IMG/VR virus record: IMGVR_UViG_3300032323_001119
Span: 46,438-110,437 of that record
Direction: 5' to 3' (one strand)
Source of the DNA: a virus
DNA: 64,000 nucleotides
Shown: positions 1 to 7,404 of the stretch, piece by piece
How the letters are laid out: every line of letters begins with the position of its first letter
Numbering within the stretch: position 1 is the first letter of the stretch
Notes under the pieces: generated by a model
The model's input: only the letters and a program-made list of their open reading frames with translations
Told to the model about the DNA's origin: nothing
The model's database searches: none
Made by a program: the position numbers and the translations under genes

Positions 1-2735
1 GCGACTGCTGCTGCGTTAATCGCTGCACCTGCTGCTACAACTGTAGCAACTACCATATCTGTTGCTTCTTCTCTTTCTTCATCTGACATATCAGCGCCAA
101 TACTTCCAAATGCTGCTAATGCTGCTGCTGGATTAGTAAATAATTCTTCTACCAGTGCTCCTGGGTTCTGTAGTAATTCTACTTGAGCAGCGACTTCTGC
201 AGTAATCACAACTGCATTTCCATTTTCATCAGTACGAATATCTACTGGTGTTGATGGTGGCAAATCAGAATATGATACACCTGCTGCTTTTATATCTGCA
301 GATGAAACGGCTTCTCCAGGTTTAATTTCTTCAAGCAGTTTATTTACAACTACTTCTTTTTGTTTTTCAGTTAACTTACCTTCTTCTGCCGCTTTCTTTA
401 ATTCCTCTGCTTCCTTTTTTGCTGCTTCTAATTCTGCAGCTTTTGCTTCAGCTTCAGCTTTTGCATCTGCGGCTTCTTGTGCTTTAGCTTCCGCCTCTGC
501 CTTAGCATCTGCTTCTTCTTGAGCCTTTGCTTCTGCTTCAGCCTTAGCATCTGCCTCTGCCTGCGCTGCCGCTTCAGCCTCAGCCTCTAATCTATCCGCC
601 TCTGCTTTTGCATCTGCTTCAGCTTGTTCTTTGGCTTCTTGTTCTGCCTGCGCTGCTGCTTCTTCTGCTGCTATACGATCAGCCTCTGCTTTAGCAGCGG
701 CTTCCTCTGCGGCTACACGGTCTGCCTCAGCCTTAGCTGCCGCTTCTTCTGCGGCTTTAGCTTCTGCTTCTGCTTTTGCTGCAGCTTCCGCTGCTGTTTT
801 GGCGGCTGCTTCTGCGGCTGCTGCTTGTGCAGCTGCTTGTTGTGCTGCAGCCTCCGCTGCTGCTGCTTCTTGTGCTGCTTGGGCTGCTGCAGCTGCTGCT
901 GCGGCATTTGCAGCGGCTTGTGCTGCTGCTTGTTGCTCTGCATAATAATTAACTGTAACCTGTGCTGCATTTGTCATTGCAGTTACTGCTTCATTTACTT
1001 TAGTTATTGCTATATTAGCCAATGTATCTGCTGTCTGTACAGCTACTGATAGATTTTGATTTGCAGTTGCAAGGTTCTGCTGCTCTGTTGATAAGGTTTG
1101 ATTAGCATTAGTTAAATTTGTTTGAGCAGCTGTTAGGTTTGTTTCTGCTACTACCTTTTCTGCTGTGACAGTTGTTAATACTGCTGTGCTAGCAGCAAGA
1201 TCAGTAGTGGCTGATTGTAATGCTGCTACCTGTTGTGGTGTAGCAGATGATGTTGAGAACTCTGATGCTGGAATTACTTCCCAGGTTGACCCGTTATATC
1301 TACGTAATGATACTGCTGCCCCTCCACCATTTTCGTAATACCACATTTCAAGGGTCTTTCCAACACCAGCAGTAGTTTCAACATCTGCTGTGGATCCTCC
1401 ACCACCCTTGTCAAACCAGTCATTGATAACGGTCTGCCCGTCTAGCTTTAAAAGAACTCCGTCATCTGCAGGTGCTGTAATATATTGCGTTCCAGTAGTT
1501 TGTGGAGTCCAGATACCATCCCATTTAACCTGAAATCCTTCTGTAATTGTTGTAGTTCCTTGCTTAGTTGCAGACACATTGTCTACTCCATAGTAGTCCC
1601 AATTTGCTGGTATATTTATAGATGCAATCTTTTTGCCTTCTGGGGCAGTAATAACTTCTTGATGCACATAGCTAGGGTATGTTGAGTTAACATTATCCTG
1701 AATATTAAAAGTGCTTGTAGTTCCATCAGTGTATGTAACTACTGCATTATGATCTCCATTTTTAGCAAAGACTTGGAAGCTTGCAGCAACTGTATTTGCT
1801 GGCATGGTAATAAGAGTGTCTGCAGTTGATCCTCTAAGAGTTAGGGATGGATCTTGTCCAGGACCAGGAAATCCAATAGACCCAATATATACTTGATTAT
1901 TATTTGTAGTTGAGACTGGAGTTCCATTTACTGTAATTCCTATCTCAGTGTTTAGTCTATTATTAGCAAAGGTTTCGGTTACTGTTGTTGTACCGCCATT
2001 TACTGTCGGTCCTCCACTACCCCACTGCTCATTAATTCCATTTGTATCTTTTCCAGTGTAAACAACTGTTCCTTCTCCAACTGTGGGAGAAGCTCCATTA
2101 TCTGCGCTATCAATAACTGTTATATTTAGTCCAAGAGAGGTATTTGCATTTACTACTGCTGTGGCAGACTCTACAGCTTCTGCCTTTACCTCTACTACTG
2201 CCGTCTGAGATTCAACTGCTGCTGTTGCTGTAGCCAATGTAGTAGTTGCTGTGGCGACTGTTGCTGTAGCTGACTCAACTACTGTTACTGCTGTAGCTAC
2301 CACTGCTGTCTGTGAATCAACATTAGCCTGTGCTGTTGTGGCAACTGCTACGGCTGTCTCTGCAGATTGAATAGCAGTATTCGCTTCTGACACCTTTACT
2401 GTTGCCTCTGCGACTGCTGTGGCTATAGGCTCTTGAGTTGTAGCAATTTGGGTAGCAGTCTGAGTATCTGTGTTTGGAACATTGGATTGAATAGTATTTA
2501 CAATAGCTGTTGCTTGAGTTTCAGCAGCTTGCTGTAGTGTTGTTTCTGCTGTTTCTATTTTAGCTGCAACTGTCTCAACTGTAATAGGAGTGGTTGCTGT
2601 GGCTGTATCTGAAGATGGGTTTGCTGGAGTTACTTGAACGGTAACTTCTTCAGCATGTGCGTTGCTTGGTCCAAAAAGAAAGAGCCAGCCGATTATAAAA
2701 AGGCTGGTTAAAAAATACTGTAACTTTCTAGTCAA
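1..2735 (-). CDS. Large secreted/surface protein, 3' end outside window: signal peptide, Ala/Thr-rich coiled coil, split PA14 domain, Ala/Glu/Lys TolA-like stalk
   Basis: Missing from the ORF track because it has no stop in the window. Read by hand from TTG at 2735 with an AGGAG SD: MTRKLQYFLTSLFIIGWLFLFGPSNAHA-EE. PA14 motifs INEQWGSGGP, FQVKWDGIWTP, ADDGVLLKLDG, MWYYENGGGA. EAEAKAQEEADAK repeats near 400-940. Confidence 0.8.
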   Translation of the reverse strand, partial: MTRKLQYFLTSLFIIGWLFLFGPSNAHAEEVTVQVTPANPSSDTATATTPITVETVAAKIETAETTLQQAAETQATAIVNTIQSNVPNTDTQTATQIATTQEPIATAVAEATVKVSEANTAIQSAETAVAVATTAQANVDSQTAVVATAVTVVESATATVATATTTLATATAAVESQTAVVEVKAEAVESATAVVNANTSLGLNITVIDSADNGASPTVGEGTVVYTGKDTNGINEQWGSGGPTVNGGTTTVTETFANNRLNTEIGITVNGTPVSTTNNNQVYIGSIGFPGPGQDPSLTLRGSTADTLITMPANTVAASFQVFAKNGDHNAVVTYTDGTTSTFNIQDNVNSTYPSYVHQEVITAPEGKKIASINIPANWDYYGVDNVSATKQGTTTITEGFQVKWDGIWTPQTTGTQYITAPADDGVLLKLDGQTVINDWFDKGGGGSTADVETTAGVGKTLEMWYYENGGGAAVSLRRYNGSTWEVIPASEFSTSSATPQQVAALQSATTDLAASTAVLTTVTAEKVVAETNLTAAQTNLTNANQTLSTEQQNLATANQNLSVAVQTADTLANIAITKVNEAVTAMTNAAQVTVNYYAEQQAAAQAAANAAAAAAAAQAAQEAAAAEAAAQQAAAQAAAAEAAAKTAAEAAAKAEAEAKAAEEAAAKAEADRVAAEEAAAKAEADRIAAEEAAAQAEQEAKEQAEADAKAEADRLEAEAEAAAQAEADAKAEAEAKAQEEADAKAEAEAKAQEAADAKAEAEAKAAELEAAKKEAEELKKAAEEGKLTEKQKEVVVNKLLEEIKPGEAVSSADIKAAGVSYSDLPPSTPVDIRTDENGNAVVITAEVAAQVELLQNPGALVEELFTNPAAALAAFGSIGADMSDEEREEATDMVVATVVAAGAAINAAAV

Positions 2736-2778
2736 CTAGGTATCTCCTAAGTAATGCAATATTTTTGCTTACTTAGTA

Positions 2779-2787
2779 ATTATAGCA
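2779..2787 (-). promoter_or_regulatory. Extended -10 promoter TGCTATAAT
   Basis: Consensus TGnTATAAT upstream of the PA14 protein gene. Confidence 0.6.
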
Positions 2788-2802
2788 GAATGTTAGTTTA
2801 AA

Positions 2803-3429
2803 CTAGTTAGATATGTAAGTTCCATTAACATAAATATTTGTGTTTGTTGTTAGCGTTACTGGTTTCCCCTGCTTTAAAATTGCTTCCATAACTGGAGAGT
2901 TTGATCCAGGAATTTGCTTTATGTAATGAAGATCAAGTGTTTGTGTGTTGGGCAAATGATCAGCATTGACAATGATATGTCCAGCTAAGTCTGGGTTAGC
3001 TGTTTCATCAACAAAAACCCAACCTGGGAAATGATTCATAGTTCCCGATAATGGAGCAAATGGTAGTTCTAAATTTAACTGTCCTGTTCCAAAACTTGTT
3101 ACTGTTGAACAGTCTACTGCTATCCAAAATGAAACTAACTGTCCCTGCTTAACATAATAAGAATTGTATGTTGGGTGATTTACGCCTGTTCCAGTAAATG
3201 TTAGTCCAGTTGCTGTAAAGCTTGGAGTCCATCTAACTGATTGAAAAGAAACATCTGCATCTGCACCTGGCTCGCCTTGTGGACCTTGTGGACCTTGTGG
3301 ACCAGGCGTTAATGATACATTCGTTATGGCTTCTGCCAACTCTTTTATTGAGTTTAAATTTGATGGGGCAGCAGCAATTTCTAGCTCCTGTGGAGTAACT
3401 GCTCTATATGCATAAGTTTCTGGTGACAT
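2803..3429 (-). CDS. Short collagen-repeat protein with a beta-rich C-terminal fibre-tip-like domain
   Basis: GPQGPQGPQGEPG tract; C-terminus resembles phage receptor-binding tips (YYVKQGQLVSF...LPFAP...NGTY). TATAAT lies 6 nt before the ATG, so probably leaderless. Confidence 0.6.
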   Translation of the reverse strand: MSPETYAYRAVTPQELEIAAAPSNLNSIKELAEAITNVSLTPGPQGPQGPQGEPGADADVSFQSVRWTPSFTATGLTFTGTGVNHPTYNSYYVKQGQLVSFWIAVDCSTVTSFGTGQLNLELPFAPLSGTMNHFPGWVFVDETANPDLAGHIIVNADHLPNTQTLDLHYIKQIPGSNSPVMEAILKQGKPVTLTTNTNIYVNGTYISN

Positions 3430-3455
3430 ATATTTATTATACCCTATATGCTTGT

Positions 3456-4079
3456 CTAGTAGCTAATCATATCAAATATGAAAGCTGCTCGTATGCTTGA
3501 ATTGTCTATAGAGTGTATCGTGCCCTTTGGCATAAAAAGAATATCATTTTTTTCCATTAAATACTCTTTGTGCTCTCTACCTGTAACATCTATAGGGCTA
3601 CCATATGGGTCATTTTCGTCTGATTCATGAATAACATATCTTGCATTACCTAAAACTTGCGTTAGTAAAACGTGGTGAGGGTCTCTGTGTGGATCTAGCT
3701 GTGGAGTATTTTCTGTCATGTTTACAGCAAGCTTTAAATGGGTATGGAAATCGTCAGAGATGTTAGACAATTCCTGATGAATAGCAAATACTTGATTGTA
3801 TTTTATTGGATCTAGTCCATTATTTCTTTCTAGCAAATCCGTGCAATGAAATGTTAGACCGTGTTTTGCAGCCTGCATTAGGCTTGTAAATTTTTTTTCT
3901 TTGTCATTAAATAGCATTGAGGAGTTTTTATAGCTGTCTCTATGTTCATCTGACAACAAAAAATTGTAAGATATGCTTAAAGTCTTTATTGCATCTTCCC
4001 AATCAAAATTATAATCTAAGCAGGACTTTATAAATACAGGCTTTCCAGTTTTAATTGAATTTTTAATTTCATCTATCAT
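3456..4079 (-). CDS. JmjC/cupin-type 2OG-Fe(II) hydroxylase
   Basis: PHRD..VLLTQVLG..RY and DILFMPKGTIH motifs give an HxD...H triad. Start moved to ATG 4079 to avoid overlapping the neighbouring gene. Confidence 0.75.
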   Translation of the reverse strand: MIDEIKNSIKTGKPVFIKSCLDYNFDWEDAIKTLSISYNFLLSDEHRDSYKNSSMLFNDKEKKFTSLMQAAKHGLTFHCTDLLERNNGLDPIKYNQVFAIHQELSNISDDFHTHLKLAVNMTENTPQLDPHRDPHHVLLTQVLGNARYVIHESDENDPYGSPIDVTGREHKEYLMEKNDILFMPKGTIHSIDNSSIRAAFIFDMISY

Positions 4080-4083
4080 ATAC

Positions 4084-4272
4084 TTAGCTCCTGTGGTCTG
4101 TCTTATAAAATCCGTTACCCTTAAATTGTATTCCAAATGAACTAAAATGTCTAACCATATTTGATTCACACTCTTGGCATAAGTAGCCTGGGTCATCTTC
4201 TGATATTGATCGTGTTACTGAAAGTAGCGCATGGGCATCGTCTTGGCTACACTTGTATTCATATACTGGCAT
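4084..4272 (-). CDS. FmdB-family zinc-ribbon protein
   Basis: MPVYEYKC...CQEC...FKGNGFYKTD signature. Confidence 0.85.
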   Translation of the reverse strand: MPVYEYKCSQDDAHALLSVTRSISEDDPGYLCQECESNMVRHFSSFGIQFKGNGFYKTDHRS

Positions 4273-4363
4273 CTTAATCCTTTTGTTTAATGAGCAGTTT
4301 AAAGAGATGCTCAGCTCTATTCTGTTAACTTCCTACGCTATTAGCGCCCACCCACTAACAGAA

Positions 4364-4783
4364 TTATTTAATTTTAATTGTTTTAGGCTTCTTTTCTTCT
4401 GGAATAATTCTGTCTACATTAACATGAAGCATTCCATCCTCAATAGTTGCCCCAGTAACTTCCATGTATTCACCCAAAGCAAATGTTCGAGTAAATTTAC
4501 GTGCAGCTATACCTTTGTGCAGATATTCGCCGTCTGTTACCTCAGTTATTTCACCCTTGACAATAAGTGTACCATTTTCTACTGATACGTCAATATCGTC
4601 TTTTGTAAAACCTGCTACTGCTATTGATACCTGAAAGGTATCTTCGTCTAGCTTCAATACGTCATACGGAGGGTATGTCTGTCTTGTGGCTGCTTGATGT
4701 ACTGTAGCCATTCTTTCAAGTTCACGATTAAAGCCAATAAAAAATGGATCTCTAAAAAGATCCATAGCAAACTGTGTTACCAT
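4364..4783 (-). CDS. Small heat-shock protein (Hsp20/IbpA-like)
   Basis: YPPYD, IAVAGF, YLHKGIAARKFTRTFAL, DGML, IPEEKKPKTI. Confidence 0.95.
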   Translation of the reverse strand: MVTQFAMDLFRDPFFIGFNRELERMATVHQAATRQTYPPYDVLKLDEDTFQVSIAVAGFTKDDIDVSVENGTLIVKGEITEVTDGEYLHKGIAARKFTRTFALGEYMEVTGATIEDGMLHVNVDRIIPEEKKPKTIKIK

Positions 4784-4848
4784 TTTGTGCTCCTTTTAAG
4801 CGAGTTAAATTAGTACCCCCATTTGGCAGGTACTAACCTATTATATCA
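4784..4848 (-). promoter_or_regulatory. hsp20 promoter (TGATATAAT) and ROSE-like 5' UTR
   Basis: -10 at 4840-4845; hairpin 4811-4835; CUCGCU-UAAA-AGGAG hairpin at 4790-4804 that pairs with the SD. Confidence 0.6.
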
Positions 4849-4870
4849 TTTGGTTGATTAGAACTGCAAG

Positions 4871-5278
4871 CTACTTTTTATTGCTTGATCTTGCTTTTGC
4901 AAGCACTGAAAAGTCTTTAACCTTAGTATCTCCTAGGTATCCCCAGGCATAACCTTCGTCTATCATTTTCTGGTTTATAGATTTATCTGCACCATCTAAA
5001 AAAACCCATCCAAGTATTCGGCCATATTTTTCTGAGGAGTCTATTTTTTCCGTTTTGATTACAATAGTTTTTGCGGAATCAATTGCATTTTTTAAATAAG
5101 CTTTAGATTCTAGACCTAATGCCTTTTCTGCTTTATTTGTTGTTCTGCTTTCTGGCGTATCTATACCAGCAAGCCTAACTCTGGAGCTAAATGAGATATC
5201 AAATCCTAAATCTATATCTACATCTATAGTGTCCCCATCAACTACCTTACTAACTTTTTTGACGTAATATTCAAACAT
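4871..5278 (-). CDS. Thermonuclease (staphylococcal nuclease-like)
   Basis: VVDGDTI, RVRLAGIDTPES, KYGRILG motifs. Confidence 0.9.
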   Translation of the reverse strand: MFEYYVKKVSKVVDGDTIDVDIDLGFDISFSSRVRLAGIDTPESRTTNKAEKALGLESKAYLKNAIDSAKTIVIKTEKIDSSEKYGRILGWVFLDGADKSINQKMIDEGYAWGYLGDTKVKDFSVLAKARSSNKK

Positions 5279-6321
5279 TATATTCTGTTACCTGACTCTC
5301 TTAAAGATTGTGGAGATACCTCTATATATTCAAGTGACGACTGCAACTCTTTTATATTGCCCGCGCCTGAATATGTAAAAGCACTTTTTGTATTATTAAG
5401 TATATTCCATAGTCCTTCAAATGCTGGGCCCCTAGACTCTATTTCTCCAGCAACACCTTCAAAATTAAATATAGGATTTTTAATCCCAGACAAACCTTCT
5501 TCTTTTGCAGCAAACTCTTTTGATCCAAGACCTATGAGTGAGTACTTGCCATTCTCAGAACTACACTCATCGTGTCCTGCCAACATATACCCTAGCATTA
5601 CAGCACTTGCACCTGCGCCTAAAGCTTTTACTATATCACCAGATGTTTTTATGCCACCATCTGCAATAATTCCATTGACGCTGTCTTCTTTTACCATTTC
5701 GTATATATTCATAATAGATGATAATGTAGGAGCTCCGAATCCAGTCATTATTCTAGTCGTGCATGCTGCTCCACCCCCGATACCAACCCTAACCGAGTCA
5801 CATCCAGCATCCATTAACATCTTATAGGCACCATATGAAGATACGTTGCCACACATTATATGTGTTGATTTAGGAACAGATTTTCTTAAATGAGATACTG
5901 CATCTGCAACCAGCTTCAAGTGCCCATTTGCAACATCAAGAAGTATTATCTTAATATTGTTTTTAACAATTTTATTTACTGAATCTTGATCGTAAACATC
6001 TTTTATTTTTATAGTTACTGCAACTCTACTAGGATTTACCTCTAATGATTTTTGAATTTTTTCTTCTAGACTGTAAGTCCTAACTGTTGTCCCAATGCAC
6101 CCAGATGTTACCAGTATGGAAAGCATCTCCTTAGAGGAAATGCTTTCCATAGGTGCTGAAATTATAGGGGACTCAAACTCTATAATTGCATCTGGATTAT
6201 TTGGATTACCTATTTTAGTAGTAAGATCAATATGATGTCTACTTAAAAGAGGGGATGAGTCATTTGGAACTAAGAGTATGTCATCAAAACACAATCCGTT
6301 TATGGAAGTATTTTTTTTCAC
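5278..6321 (-). CDS. IMP dehydrogenase / GMP reductase family, lacking the CBS subdomain
   Basis: FDDILLVP, SAPME, DVANGH, RVGIGGGAACTTR (catalytic Cys), IIADGGIKTSGDIVKALGAGASAVMLG. Confidence 0.9.
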   Translation of the reverse strand: MKKNTSINGLCFDDILLVPNDSSPLLSRHHIDLTTKIGNPNNPDAIIEFESPIISAPMESISSKEMLSILVTSGCIGTTVRTYSLEEKIQKSLEVNPSRVAVTIKIKDVYDQDSVNKIVKNNIKIILLDVANGHLKLVADAVSHLRKSVPKSTHIMCGNVSSYGAYKMLMDAGCDSVRVGIGGGAACTTRIMTGFGAPTLSSIMNIYEMVKEDSVNGIIADGGIKTSGDIVKALGAGASAVMLGYMLAGHDECSSENGKYSLIGLGSKEFAAKEEGLSGIKNPIFNFEGVAGEIESRGPAFEGLWNILNNTKSAFTYSGAGNIKELQSSLEYIEVSPQSLRESGNRI

Positions 6322-6325
6322 AGAC

Positions 6326-6928
6326 TTATTTCTTTTTGGCTGTTGGTTTTGCTTCTGTCTTTACTGCAGCTTTTTTAACTGCTGGCTTATCTGACTTTGG
6401 CTTAACTGCTTGACCGAATGCTGGTCTTCCAAATCCTACAATAAATACTGGCTGCGACTTACGAAGCTTTGAGCCGTTCTTCTTTTTGTATGCACGATTC
6501 TTTAGGCATGCCTCTCCACCATTTCTCTGATCTCCCTTTTTATCTGGGCTGGTGTTTCCTTCTGCAACATCGACTGTTCCATCTGTATTAACTGCAGTTA
6601 CAATTCCTACGTGAGAAATTCTGTCGACCCCATCATTTGGAAAATCAAAATAGACAATGTCTCCGACTGCAGGTGCTGCTGTCTCTACTGGTTGCCATGT
6701 TCCTGCTTTAATAAATGCTTGTGCTCCTGCTGGAGTGTAAACTGTATTGGGGACTTTTACGCCAGCTTCATTGGCGCACCACATAACAAACGATCCACAC
6801 CAAGGCTGGAAATTAGCTTTTGTAAACTTTCCATACTTTGTTTCATTATCTTTTGGACCCTCTATGTATCCAATTTCGCCTAATGCTACTTCTACTAATC
6901 TTGCTGCTGATCCTTGTACTGCTGCCAT
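6326..6928 (-). CDS. CHAP-domain cell-wall hydrolase (probable endolysin)
   Basis: PWCGSFV, GDIVYFDF, SHVGIV, EGNTS; Lys/Ala-rich tail. Confidence 0.85.
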   Translation of the reverse strand: MAAVQGSAARLVEVALGEIGYIEGPKDNETKYGKFTKANFQPWCGSFVMWCANEAGVKVPNTVYTPAGAQAFIKAGTWQPVETAAPAVGDIVYFDFPNDGVDRISHVGIVTAVNTDGTVDVAEGNTSPDKKGDQRNGGEACLKNRAYKKKNGSKLRKSQPVFIVGFGRPAFGQAVKPKSDKPAVKKAAVKTEAKPTAKKK

Positions 6929-6993
6929 TTTATTTCTCCTTAATTATTGGTTGATTACATTATTAGTATACCATTTTTTATTACATAAATGCT

Positions 6994-7069
6994 TGGTGCC
7001 CCTGAAAGGAATCGAACCTCCGACACGCAGGGTAGAAACCTGCTGCTCTATCCACTGAGCTACAAAGGC
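6994..7069 (-). tRNA. tRNA-Arg(UCU)
   Basis: Cloverleaf GCCTTTG...CAGGGGC-ACCA; anticodon arm GCAGG-TTTCTAC-CCTGC; T loop TTCGATT. Confidence 0.93.
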
Positions 7070-7073
7070 TTAG

Positions 7074-7147
7074 TGTGCCAGGTAGGACTTGAACCTACGA
7101 TTACCGAATTATGAGTTCGGGGCTTTAACCAACTAAGCTACTGGCAC
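7074..7147 (-). tRNA. tRNA with CAU anticodon, probably Ile2 (lysidine type), possibly Met; CCA not encoded
   Basis: Acceptor stem GTGCCAG/CTGGCAC; anticodon arm CCGAA-CTCATAA-TTCGG; C4 and C5 in the acceptor stem as in TilS substrates. Confidence 0.85.
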
Positions 7148-7156
7148 CTAAGCTTA

Positions 7157-7184
7157 ATTTTACTATATTAATTATCAGTGTCAA
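7157..7184 (-). promoter_or_regulatory. Sigma70-type promoter for the tRNA pair
   Basis: TTGACA-16 nt-TAAAAT just upstream of the tRNA 5' end. Confidence 0.5.
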
Positions 7185-7404
7185 TAGCGGAAGCCACTAT
7201 ATCCTGAACATATTCAGAAAAATGCTTTCTTATGCTTCCAGCTGGCCTAGATCCGTAAGATTCCCAAATTCTTTTATACTCTATAACATTGTCATATGTT
7301 GTTGGACATAAAACAATATCGTTATATTTTTTTAATGTGGTTGGAAGCGGAACGTGCTTGGTACAGCATTTACATTCCTTTGCTCTTGCTTGATATTCAC
7401 TCAT
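7168..7404 (-). CDS. Hypothetical Cys-containing protein
   Basis: 78-aa ORF coupled to the terminase stop; CKCC...CPT. Confidence 0.6.
   Translation of the reverse strand: MSEYQARAKECKCCTKHVPLPTTLKKYNDIVLCPTTYDNVIEYKRIWESYGSRPAGSIRKHFSEYVQDIVASAIDTDN

Noticed and set aside
624-1049. Cys-rich, Ala-rich and Gln-rich ORFs (624-1049 +, 631-945 +, 713-970 -)
   Set aside because: Alternative-frame readings of the GCA/GCT-rich stalk of the real minus-strand gene at 1-2735.
6611-7058. Plus-strand ORFs overlapping the lysin and tRNA-Arg
   Set aside because: Antisense to well-supported genes. The same applies to the other plus-strand ORFs in the track.
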